Origin: Limisphaerales bacterium
GTDB taxonomy: Bacteria > Verrucomicrobiota > Verrucomicrobiia > Limisphaerales > UBA11358
DNA length: 37,212 bases
Assembly: GCA_043776855.1 (NCBI GenBank)
Contig: JAYVQV010000074.1
Span: forward strand, 1 to 37,212
Direction: 5' to 3'
Part shown: positions 1-10,788 of the stretch, piece by piece
Numbering within the stretch: the stretch's first letter is position 1
How the letters are laid out: each line of letters opens with the position of its first letter
Program-made: the position numbers and the translations under genes
The notes under the pieces: generated by a model
The model's input: the letters and a program-made list of their open reading frames with translations, nothing else
Databases searched by the model: none
What the model was told of the DNA's origin: nothing

Positions 1-826
1 CCCAGGCGAGCGCGACATTCGACGGTTTTTCGCCGAGCTCTTGGCACAAGCCTTCCCACGCTTCGAGCTGCGACCGACTGGCGGCGACGCGCTTCTGCAC
101 ATCGGCATTTTGGCGGCGGATGGTAGCTTTCGGATTCGCGCAAACTTGATCGGCGACCGGTGCCAAGATGCCCGCGAGATAACCACCGTCCAGCGGCGAA
201 TACGGCATAACGCCGACGCCATAAGCCTGGCACGCAGGCAACAACTCCAGTTCGGCGAACCGGCACGTCAGCGAGTATTTGCACTGCTCGGAAACGTAGC
301 CGAGAAAGTTGCGCCGCCGCGCGGCTTCGTTGGCCTGCGCGATGTGCCAGCCCGCGTGATTCGACGAACCGGCGTAAAGAATTTTGCCCTGCTGCACAAG
401 CACTTCCATCGCCTGCCAGACTTCGTCCCACGGCGTGTCGCGGTTGACGTGATGCATCTGGAATAGGTCGAGGTGATCGGTGCGCAAACGCTTGAGCGAA
501 CCTTCGACAGCGCGGCGAATGTATTTGGCCGAAGCACCGCGATCATTGACGCCCGTGCCCATGGTTCCCTGGAACTTGGTCGCGAGCACAATCTGGTCAC
601 GCCCGCCGCCCTGCGCGAGCCAGTTGCCGACAATCTGCTCGGTGTAACCCTCGTAATCTTTCCAGCCGTAAACATCGGCGGTGTCGAAAAACTGCACGCC
701 GGTTTCGAGCGCGCGATCCATGATGGCGAAGGCTTCCGGTTCGGTCGCGCGCGGGCCGAAATTCATCGTGCCCAGACAAAGCCGCGAAACTTTCAGGCCT
801 GTTCGGCCAAGATTGGTGAATTGCAT
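1..826 (-). CDS. Aldo/keto reductase family oxidoreductase. The N-terminal ~275 aa are present; the 3' end runs off the left edge of the window.
   Basis: The ORF track omits it because there is no stop codon in the window. I translated the minus frame by hand from the ATG at 826-824 and found no stop down to position 2. It reads MQFTNLGRTGLKVSRLCLGTMNFG...ALETGVQFFDTADVYG...HLDLFQMHHVNRDTPWDE...GKILYAGSSNH, which are typical AKR motifs. It lies 21 nt downstream of the preceding minus-strand gene. Confidence 0.85.
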   Translation of the reverse strand, partial: MQFTNLGRTGLKVSRLCLGTMNFGPRATEPEAFAIMDRALETGVQFFDTADVYGWKDYEGYTEQIVGNWLAQGGGRDQIVLATKFQGTMGTGVNDRGASAKYIRRAVEGSLKRLRTDHLDLFQMHHVNRDTPWDEVWQAMEVLVQQGKILYAGSSNHAGWHIAQANEAARRRNFLGYVSEQCKYSLTCRFAELELLPACQAYGVGVMPYSPLDGGYLAGILAPVADQVCANPKATIRRQNADVQKRVAASRSQLEAWEGLCQELGEKPSNVALAW

Positions 827-847
827 AAATGTTTCTGATTTCCAGGT

Positions 848-2995
848 TCAATTTTTGGATTCCGGCACAACCACATCCGCCTTTCGCTCCGGCGGCGTGA
901 CTTTGAGCGACTCGATTTTGCCGTCGCGCACGCCGCCTTCGACCGTGGTGTTGAGCGGCGCGTGGAGTTTGAAACTGGCGTTCCAATTTTTTGGCCACGC
1001 GGGCAGCAGATAAGTTTTCCGGCCTTCGCTTTGCATCAACATCAATTGCAGCGCGTGAATGCCATGACCGCCGTTGTCCTCATCCGGCACATAATCAGAA
1101 CCGTGCGCCCAGAACGCGGGGAAACGGCACTGCGGTTCTTTGCGCTGGAGCACGAAGGTGACATTCTTGCGTGCCGTCGCCGTGTCGCCGAGCAGCGCGG
1201 CTTGCACCCCGCTCTGCCGCCAGCAGCCGTCTTCTTTGAACCGGCGCGCGGCAAAAGTCGCTTTGGCCAAATCCAGACTTGGTTTTTCCAAACCAAAAAT
1301 GCGGAACGGATAAATCGCGTAGAGTTCCGGATTTTCAAAATTGTGGCCCGTGTCATAAACCTCCGCTGGCAACAATTTTTTGACTCCGTTCGTTTCGCCA
1401 ACCGGCAATTCCGGAATCTCCTTCAAGAATCGCTGCCAGCGTGCGCGTTGTTCCTCGGTGGCTAAATCCGGCGGCAACGCCAGCAGTCCCGGCAGCACCC
1501 AGCGCAGCCCGGCGATGTCCGGCGCGGGATTGCGCGCTTTCCAAAACATCTCAATCGCGTTGTCCGGATCGAGCAGCAGCTTGCCATTTTCGTGTTTCCA
1601 GTGCTGGTCAAAAAACTTCACGCCGGCGTCGGCGATGGGCAGCAGCGTTTCGCGCGCGAATTTTTTGTCGCCGGTGTAGGCATAGTAGTCGAGCATCATC
1701 GCGGAGAGTTCGAGAATCGGCGTGTAATAAAAATCTGTGTATTTGCCAGGTGCGTCGGGCGTCAGTTTGTTTATGCCTCCATAAAATGGTTTTGTCTCCG
1801 CGAAATAAGTGCCGTCGTGATGATAAAAATCGCGCACTTCTTTTTCGTTGTTCGGCAAAATCTCGCGGAACATTTTGAACAGTGGGCGCATCTCGTCGAA
1901 GTCGCCACTTTGCAGCATCGGCCAATACATCGGCCGCGTGTTCTGAAACCAATACTGCCCACCCCAGTCGCGCGCATCGGCGGACACGATGTAGTTCGTC
2001 TCGACGCCCTTGATTTTTTCAGACTTGTGCCAGTCCATCGTGAAAATCGAGCCGTTGAACTTGATCGGATATTCGCCGCGCCCGGCGCACGCACTGACAA
2101 ATCGCTGCAAGACATAGCCGCGCGTGACTTTCACCGCGTCGTCATCGCCAGAAATGAAAAGCCAACTGCGATTCCAAAAAACGTCCCACCATTTCGCGTG
2201 CTCGCTCCGGGCGGTTTCCAAAGGAACCGACGCGGCCTGCGTGGCAACTTGATTCAACTGCGCCAGCCACGCTTCCGGTGTCGGCGTTTGCGCGGTCAAA
2301 ACGCAAATGGAAATTGCGTGATGCTTCGCCGGTTTTGCGGAGTGCAAAACCGTGCTGCTCGCGGAAACCAAACCGTCGCCAGAAATCGCCGCACCGAACG
2401 TGCGATTTGTGAGCTGCGAAATTTGTTTGTTCTGGTTGCGATAAAACCAGACGACGCGATTGGTCTGGTCAGTGAGAAGCGTGTCGGCTTGCAGATTTTT
2501 CTCCGGCACAGGCCGCGTGGTTTCAAACGCTACCTCCATGTCGCGCGGCACGCCGGTTTCCGATTCGATGTGAATCAGCGGGCGGTTCGCATCCACCCAA
2601 ACGCGCAGCGTCGCCGCACCGCTGCGGATTTCAATTTCGCCGGTCGCGAGCTTCAGCGTCTGCACAAAACCGGTGTCCGTCGCCAGCGCCGGCGACAGTT
2701 TCACGCGAACGCGCCCGACCTTCGGCAGACCTTTGTTGCCGCCAACATTGTCGCTCCAGGCATCGGTCTTGGAGATGTAGAAAATCAGGTCGCCACTTTT
2801 CTCGACCCAAACATTCAGGCCAATGTCGCCGTTGCCCAGCGGCATCGAGCCGCGTGAATCTTCGCTCGGCGAGTCCCAGACGACATCGTAAGCCGCGAGT
2901 TCCTTCGCTGGCTGGGCGCTGGCTGAAAATAAAATTGATGAGAAGATAAAAGCGGCGGCAAACCGCGCCGACCGAAGTTGTTTTTGGATTTTCAT
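848..2995 (-). CDS. Secreted glycoside-hydrolase-like protein with a DUF5703 / GH95-related N-terminal signature
   Basis: 715-aa ORF. The N-terminus MKIQKQLRSARFAAAFIFSSILFSASAQP looks like a signal peptide. The block YDVVWDSPSEDSRGSMPLGNGDIGLNVWVE..LIFYISKTDAW matches my recollection of the DUF5703_N/GH95-like N-terminus. Only 8 nt separate it from the upstream gene. Confidence 0.55.
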   Translation of the reverse strand: MKIQKQLRSARFAAAFIFSSILFSASAQPAKELAAYDVVWDSPSEDSRGSMPLGNGDIGLNVWVEKSGDLIFYISKTDAWSDNVGGNKGLPKVGRVRVKLSPALATDTGFVQTLKLATGEIEIRSGAATLRVWVDANRPLIHIESETGVPRDMEVAFETTRPVPEKNLQADTLLTDQTNRVVWFYRNQNKQISQLTNRTFGAAISGDGLVSASSTVLHSAKPAKHHAISICVLTAQTPTPEAWLAQLNQVATQAASVPLETARSEHAKWWDVFWNRSWLFISGDDDAVKVTRGYVLQRFVSACAGRGEYPIKFNGSIFTMDWHKSEKIKGVETNYIVSADARDWGGQYWFQNTRPMYWPMLQSGDFDEMRPLFKMFREILPNNEKEVRDFYHHDGTYFAETKPFYGGINKLTPDAPGKYTDFYYTPILELSAMMLDYYAYTGDKKFARETLLPIADAGVKFFDQHWKHENGKLLLDPDNAIEMFWKARNPAPDIAGLRWVLPGLLALPPDLATEEQRARWQRFLKEIPELPVGETNGVKKLLPAEVYDTGHNFENPELYAIYPFRIFGLEKPSLDLAKATFAARRFKEDGCWRQSGVQAALLGDTATARKNVTFVLQRKEPQCRFPAFWAHGSDYVPDEDNGGHGIHALQLMLMQSEGRKTYLLPAWPKNWNASFKLHAPLNTTVEGGVRDGKIESLKVTPPERKADVVVPESKN

Positions 2996-3003
2996 TTTTT
3001 TAA

Positions 3004-5400
3004 TTAATTTTGTTTTACTGCATCCGTGCCGAGGAGTTGCACTTGTTCCGGCTTGGCAATTAAATGTGGTTCGGCCACGTCCGCAAACTGATTGTTCGCC
3101 AACACGACGTTACGCGCCTGCGGACCAATTTGCACGCCCGCTGACGAGTGTTCGATGCGGTTGCCGTCCACGACCACATCCACGAAACGCACCTTGCCGT
3201 CGTCATGCGGCTTCGCTTCGGCACTCGGCGGAAAAGCGACGCGCTGGTTGTAGCGCAGCAGATTGTCTTTCACAATCACGCCGCGCCCACCGGGCACGGG
3301 ATGCGGCGCGACGTCGTTCACGAAGACGAGTTTCTTGCCGTATTGCGACGAGCCGAATTTCGTGATGCGGAGATTACCATCAGTCAGGCCGACGAAGCTG
3401 AACGGCACGTTGCCTTCGGGGTTGTTGCCGTGCGGCCCGATGCCGGGATGGTAGCTATTGGCAAACGCCACCTCGTTGTAGCAGAAGCGCACGAACCAGC
3501 CGCTTTGTCCCCACAGCCCCTGATTGCGCTCGACGCGGCAACTATCAATCGTGAAATCGTAGTAGCTGCCGTAAAGCTGCGAGAACGCGCTGCAATCGTA
3601 GCCTTCGCACTTGTAAATAATCATGTGCCGCATCAGCGACCACAGGCCGACGATGCTCTCGGTCGTCGGCGGCACGTCCCACGGACGGTCCACGGTGAAC
3701 TCGGTCGGCGTGTTTGCCGTGATGACCCGATACTGCCCCGCGCCCGGGCCGTCGAGAACCATCACCGCCAGTCCGACAAATTCGCCCGGCTGCGCCTTGA
3801 TGCCGGCAAGCGTGAGTTTTTGGCCGTCAACTTTTGTCGGCAGACCGAACCACGCGATGTTGCTCTGCGTCACGGGCGTCGGCAGCGCGCTGATGTCCAG
3901 CGTCATCGCCTCGCGTTCGCCGCGCACGAAGTTGTAACTGCGATTGTAGGCGGAGTAAACCTGCTGCATCGCGATGGCCCCGTAACCCCACGACGACGAG
4001 CCGTGGATTTCGTTGCTCTCGCAAATCATCTGGTGCGCGCCGCCGCCGAGTTCGACGTAGCAATAGCCCATCCCGTTGGCAAAATAATTTCCCGTTTCAC
4101 GCGCGTTGCGCAGATTCTTGAAATGCGTTTGTCCACCTTGCACCTGACAGTCGCTGAACTCAAAATTTTCCATCGCACCCACGCGCACGAGCGTCGCATG
4201 GTCGCCGTCAAACTGGCTGGCAATGAGTTTGCCTTGCGCGTTGGTCGCGGCGTTCCACAATTCCAGGCTGCGGTCGGGATGATTGCACCCGAGCCAGTGC
4301 TGAAAATTCACGCGGCGGAAAAACACGTCGCGCGACACGGCGGGCTTCAGCGGCTTCAATTCGTTTGGCACGCTGCGGTCGCTCAAATCGGTGAAGAGCG
4401 TGTCCACCTTGCGCACAATCATCGTCAAATCCTCCACCGCATAGCGCGCCACGCCGTAGGCTGCGCCCGGCGCAAAATCCGCACGCGTCTTCGGCTCGTC
4501 CACCGGCCATTGCAACACCGTGGCGTCGCGCCCCTGGCCGCGCAGCACGGTGCGCTCGGGAATCACGAAATAATTCGTCAGCCGGTAAGTGCCCCACGGC
4601 AAAAACACGATGCCGCCGCCGTTTTGTTTTGCCGCATCGAGCGCGGCGCGAATCGCGGCGGTGTCATTCACCACGCCATCGCCCTTCGCGCCGAATTCTT
4701 TCACGTTGAAAATTTTGTCCGGCCAGACTTCCGATTTTTTGATTTCCACCGCCAGCGGCCCACCCCAGCCGCTCGCGCCGCCGAAGCCGTTGTGAATCCA
4801 AAGCTCATAGCGACCTTCCGCCACATTTCCCCGCAACTGCGCCCGCAACGAAAAGCGGCCGGCATTCGTGACGGCCAGATCAATCCATTTGCCATCGCCA
4901 GCGCGCAACGCAGCGCACGCCGTGCCGAGGTCGTGCGGCAGCAGGAAATTTTTCCCGACGATTTGAACCAGCGAACCGGGCGGCGCTTGGTTCTTGCTCA
5001 AACCGGGCTGAAGTTGCACCGGCTGCATGAACCAAAGCTCGGGACGATTAAGAATAACCGCCCGGCCTGTGCTGCCGGGTGTTTTAGCCGCAATCTCAAA
5101 AATGCCGGGCGGAAAATTTTCGGGCATCTGAAACTTCGCTGAATTCTCGCACGGTTGAATCGCGGGAACAGTTTGCGTGGCGACCGAAACATCTGTCTTC
5201 GCTCCGGAATGTTGAACCGGTCCGTCCGGCAGCCGGCCAACGGAAAATTTTTCCACCTCCGCCAAACCGCCGCCGTAAAGCAAAACGGTGTTGCCCGGCT
5301 CCACGCTGTCGGGCGACCAGAAAACAACGGGTGCTGCCGGCAAAAGGAATCCAGTTAGCCAAACCGCCAGACAAAACGTCACTAATTTTATTTTAGACAT
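3004..5400 (-). CDS. Secreted right-handed beta-helix protein of the Pectate_lyase_3 / GH28-related superfamily
   Basis: The track ORF 3004..5490 is trimmed to the internal ATG at 5400, which gives a signal-peptide-like start MSKIKLVTFCLAVWLTGFLLPAAP. The block FNVKEFGAKGDGVVNDTAAIRAALDAAKQNGGGIVFLPWGTYRL is the hallmark of the Pectate_lyase_3 domain. Confidence 0.7.
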   Translation of the reverse strand: MSKIKLVTFCLAVWLTGFLLPAAPVVFWSPDSVEPGNTVLLYGGGLAEVEKFSVGRLPDGPVQHSGAKTDVSVATQTVPAIQPCENSAKFQMPENFPPGIFEIAAKTPGSTGRAVILNRPELWFMQPVQLQPGLSKNQAPPGSLVQIVGKNFLLPHDLGTACAALRAGDGKWIDLAVTNAGRFSLRAQLRGNVAEGRYELWIHNGFGGASGWGGPLAVEIKKSEVWPDKIFNVKEFGAKGDGVVNDTAAIRAALDAAKQNGGGIVFLPWGTYRLTNYFVIPERTVLRGQGRDATVLQWPVDEPKTRADFAPGAAYGVARYAVEDLTMIVRKVDTLFTDLSDRSVPNELKPLKPAVSRDVFFRRVNFQHWLGCNHPDRSLELWNAATNAQGKLIASQFDGDHATLVRVGAMENFEFSDCQVQGGQTHFKNLRNARETGNYFANGMGYCYVELGGGAHQMICESNEIHGSSSWGYGAIAMQQVYSAYNRSYNFVRGEREAMTLDISALPTPVTQSNIAWFGLPTKVDGQKLTLAGIKAQPGEFVGLAVMVLDGPGAGQYRVITANTPTEFTVDRPWDVPPTTESIVGLWSLMRHMIIYKCEGYDCSAFSQLYGSYYDFTIDSCRVERNQGLWGQSGWFVRFCYNEVAFANSYHPGIGPHGNNPEGNVPFSFVGLTDGNLRITKFGSSQYGKKLVFVNDVAPHPVPGGRGVIVKDNLLRYNQRVAFPPSAEAKPHDDGKVRFVDVVVDGNRIEHSSAGVQIGPQARNVVLANNQFADVAEPHLIAKPEQVQLLGTDAVKQN

Positions 5401-5416
5401 GATTTCAAAAACGAGT

Positions 5417-8172
<2,756 letters not shown>

Positions 8173-8270
8173 TTTCTTTTTTCCCGTTTCCGGCCTCCTG
8201 CATGAGCCGCGCATCCGGCACGACCTCGCTTGGGTCGAGCTGCTCTGGTAGTATGACGCGCCGAAATAGA

Positions 8271-10538
8271 TCATGCCTTTGTGAACGAAATAATTTCGCT
8301 TTTGTCCGCCTTCACTTCCACTATGCGACAACCAAAAAGATAATTTTCCGGCAACGTTTTTTTTGCCTCGCGACTGGTTTCGGAAAAAATCTTCACTGTC
8401 GCCGGCACTGGCGTTGGGTTGGACAACCGCACGCAAATTTCTTTAGTCCTGTCCGAAACAATTTCCGCCGTGATGTTGTCGAACGCGACCACGAGTGACT
8501 TGTCGGGCTGAACGTAAAGGCCGGGAATTTCAATCGTCGTGAGCATCAGCGACGTTTCCGCCCACGTCGTCATCTTGAGCGTTTCGCCGATGCGCTCCGG
8601 GCCTTCCCAATCCGTCATATTCACGCGTTCACACATCCAGCCGGGCTTGGCGTCGCCGAGCGGCTTGAGCGGATGCGGCAGATACTGCGGCAGACCAAAC
8701 GCAATATCGCGCAGCATTTCTAGATGAAACCGGTCGCCGCTCGCGCGGAAAATTTTCAGCAAGCCGAGGCCGGAAAACGTGCACAGCCCCGGCGCGGAAT
8801 GTTTGTTCTGCGTGTTGGCATACACCGAGCCGGTCGTGCGAATGTCAGCTTTCGCGAACGTGGACTGCGGCGGGAATTGAAAATCGTAGCCGACCACCCA
8901 CGTCGAAAATTGCCGTGAAGTTTCCGCCGCCCGCGTCAGCCAGATTTTTTTGCCGGTCGCCTCGAAAAGCGCGACGTAGGATTCGATGAGCGCATACCAC
9001 GATTCCGAATCAGGATTTTGCAGCGCGTCGCCCGGCCCGCCGCTGCTCAAACCCTTCGCCGTAAATTCACGGTAAAATTTTTCCGCCGCCGCCTGCGCCA
9101 CCGCGAGGTATTTCGGTTCTTTGAAATAATTCGCCGCCAACACCAATGCCGCCGGCACAATTGCGCCGCTGGTTGAACCGCCGACACAAATTTCGCCGGT
9201 CAGCGAATGAACAAACTGCCCGAACTGCTTGTTCTCATTCCACAGCTTCACGAACGCGTCGCAGACTCGCTTCACGCCCTTGCGCCATGAGGGTTTTACG
9301 GCCAGGCCGAGTTTTTCCATCAGCAAAAATTGCTTGATGATAAAAAACACGCCGTCGCCGCTTTTGCGGATGAGATGCCAGTTGCCGGTGTGCGGCTTGC
9401 GGATGTCGCCGCCGATCCACTCGGTGCCGTTGCGGCCAGCGTCCCAGAAAAATCCTGACGGCGCGATCCCATCAGGAAATAGCCAGTCGAAGTTGCGGAG
9501 GACATTCTTACGCGTCTGATCACCGCCGGCGAATAGCAACGGATAGGTGGAAATCATCCCGCCCGTCCAGCCGATCTGCCAGTCCTGCAAAAAATTTTGG
9601 CGCGGCCCGACGGAATAATAGCCGTGCTTGGGAACAAAATTATCACGATTGAATTTCTCCTCCTGCAATTCCATGCACGCAGAAAACGGCAGCGCCGGTT
9701 TTGCCGCGGAAGCTGGAAAAAGTTCTTTGCGCACTTCGGCAAATTTGTCGAAGAAGTCCTGTAGCTTCGGCGCGTCGAACTCGTAAATGCGAAATTCAAT
9801 TTTCACCTCGTCACCGGCTTTGAAATCGCGCGGCTGGTCGAGCGACGGAAATTCGCGGTCGCAAATGCGGTAGTTGTGCAATTCCCGCACAACCGGCGAG
9901 GTGATGGAAATGATGGCGCGGTCACGACGGCGCGTTTCTTCAATGCCAATGCCGTAGTCGCCAAGTTCGTTGCCCTGTTTCGTGAACAGCAAAAAGCCTT
10001 TTTTGTTTTTTGCGTCATGGAATCCGATACCCGGCACGCTCAAGCTGCCGCTGCGTTCCTGAATGCGCGAAACGCCTTCGCCAAGATTAAGTCGCGGCAC
10101 ATCGGTAATAATAATCGGTCTGTCCGGCCCGATGTCCTGCACGAAATAAAGTTTTGGCGAATACGGAATTTTACGAGCGAGAAAGCGGTTTCCGCTGTAA
10201 GCCGCCGCTGGCAGCAGGACATAATTTCCTGGCGACCAATTTCCGAATTCCAACTCCACAGCCACGGCAGCTTGCGGCAAATGGCCTTTTTCACAGCGGA
10301 AACTGATTTGGATTTCGTTGGTCGAAACCGCTTGCTGAACGAACTTGGTCGCGCTCGTCACCCGCCAAGCAGTGTCGGACATACTGATTTTTTCAACATC
10401 GTCTGCTTGCAAAACGGACTTCGCACTGTTGGTCAAAACATTCTGGTGCGCGTGATCAAATTGACGCAACGCCGCGCGCAGTCTGAATTTTACGGAACGA
10501 GTGCCGGGGTGAAAATATTTTGGCGCGACAGGCGGCAT
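8271..10538 (-). CDS. Uncharacterised 755-aa protein with no signal peptide, possibly an (alpha/alpha)6-type glycosidase. First gene of the minus-strand block.
   Basis: Long ORF with ordinary amino-acid composition and no family hallmark that I recognise. The helix-rich C-terminal half (e.g. GGPGDALQNPDSESWYALIESYVALFEATGKKIWL) resembles six-hairpin enzymes. An alternative ATG lies at 10382. The conserved box at 10574..10614 sits upstream of the 10538 ATG, which favours the longer form. Confidence 0.6.
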   Translation of the reverse strand: MPPVAPKYFHPGTRSVKFRLRAALRQFDHAHQNVLTNSAKSVLQADDVEKISMSDTAWRVTSATKFVQQAVSTNEIQISFRCEKGHLPQAAVAVELEFGNWSPGNYVLLPAAAYSGNRFLARKIPYSPKLYFVQDIGPDRPIIITDVPRLNLGEGVSRIQERSGSLSVPGIGFHDAKNKKGFLLFTKQGNELGDYGIGIEETRRRDRAIISITSPVVRELHNYRICDREFPSLDQPRDFKAGDEVKIEFRIYEFDAPKLQDFFDKFAEVRKELFPASAAKPALPFSACMELQEEKFNRDNFVPKHGYYSVGPRQNFLQDWQIGWTGGMISTYPLLFAGGDQTRKNVLRNFDWLFPDGIAPSGFFWDAGRNGTEWIGGDIRKPHTGNWHLIRKSGDGVFFIIKQFLLMEKLGLAVKPSWRKGVKRVCDAFVKLWNENKQFGQFVHSLTGEICVGGSTSGAIVPAALVLAANYFKEPKYLAVAQAAAEKFYREFTAKGLSSGGPGDALQNPDSESWYALIESYVALFEATGKKIWLTRAAETSRQFSTWVVGYDFQFPPQSTFAKADIRTTGSVYANTQNKHSAPGLCTFSGLGLLKIFRASGDRFHLEMLRDIAFGLPQYLPHPLKPLGDAKPGWMCERVNMTDWEGPERIGETLKMTTWAETSLMLTTIEIPGLYVQPDKSLVVAFDNITAEIVSDRTKEICVRLSNPTPVPATVKIFSETSREAKKTLPENYLFGCRIVEVKADKSEIISFTKA

Positions 10539-10573
10539 GGATAGAATCAGACTAGCCGAAGCCGGTGGTCGGG

Positions 10574-10614
10574 CGAGGGTGAAATTTGCGTCGCGAACGA
10601 GTCATTCTACATCG
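10574..10614 (-). promoter_or_regulatory. Conserved direct-repeat box, minus-oriented copy. Candidate AraC/XylR-type operator upstream of the 755-aa gene.
   Basis: The minus strand reads gaTGTAGaatgactcgttcgcgaCGCAAATTTCACCCTCG. The second core plus tail matches the other copies closely. The first core, 21 nt upstream, is degenerate (TGTAG). Confidence 0.35.
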
Positions 10615-10656
10615 AATCCCCTCGGCAAGCGATATCGTTCAAGAAAAACAATGGTG

Positions 10657-10697
10657 CGACGCAAAAATGCACGCGCCCGACGAAATTCAACCCTTTG
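10657..10697 (+). promoter_or_regulatory. Conserved direct-repeat box. Candidate AraC/XylR-type operator upstream of lyase paralog 1.
   Basis: Reads cgaCGCAAaaatgcacgcgcccgaCGAAAttcaaccctttg. The cores start at 10660 and 10681, exactly 21 nt apart. Confidence 0.5.
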
Positions 10698-10788
10698 GCC
10701 CTTCGGCGGATTCAGCTAGCTTAAGCTCACTAGCCAAATTAAAAACAACGGAATTTATTTTTGCCGCCGTTTGACACACTAAAATATT

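Noticed and set aside
41-838. Plus-strand ORFs 41..466 and 473..838, and minus-strand ORFs 268..675 and 597..998.
   Set aside because: They overlap the hand-translated aldo/keto reductase frame, which is open from 826 to the window edge and carries clear AKR motifs. The listed ORFs have shadow-ORF composition.
1592-2857. Long antisense ORFs inside real genes: 1592..2857(+), 3148..5142(+), 6304..7152(+), 9876..10544(+), 16091..16723(-), 17213..17962(-), 18181..19176(-), 19284..20282(-), 21543..22100(-), 22428..23135(-), 24564..26276(-), 27356..28222(-), 28895..29998(-), 30758..32485(-), 32849..33388(-), 33530..34261(-).
   Set aside because: These are shadow ORFs typical of GC-rich DNA. They are extremely Arg/Ala/Gly/His-rich, show no recognisable motifs, and each lies fully opposite a gene with strong family signatures.
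8253-8270. TGACGCGCCGAAATAGA, which resembles the first half of the conserved box (TGACGCAAATAGA).
   Set aside because: It has a 4-nt insertion in the core, no phased second core, and plus orientation in a gap between two minus-strand genes. It is probably chance or a decayed copy.
8173-8436. Upstream 88-aa extension of track ORF 5761..8436.
   Set aside because: The extension overlaps the 3' end of the upstream gene (8271..10538) and is compositionally odd. The ATG at 8172 starts a typical signal peptide.
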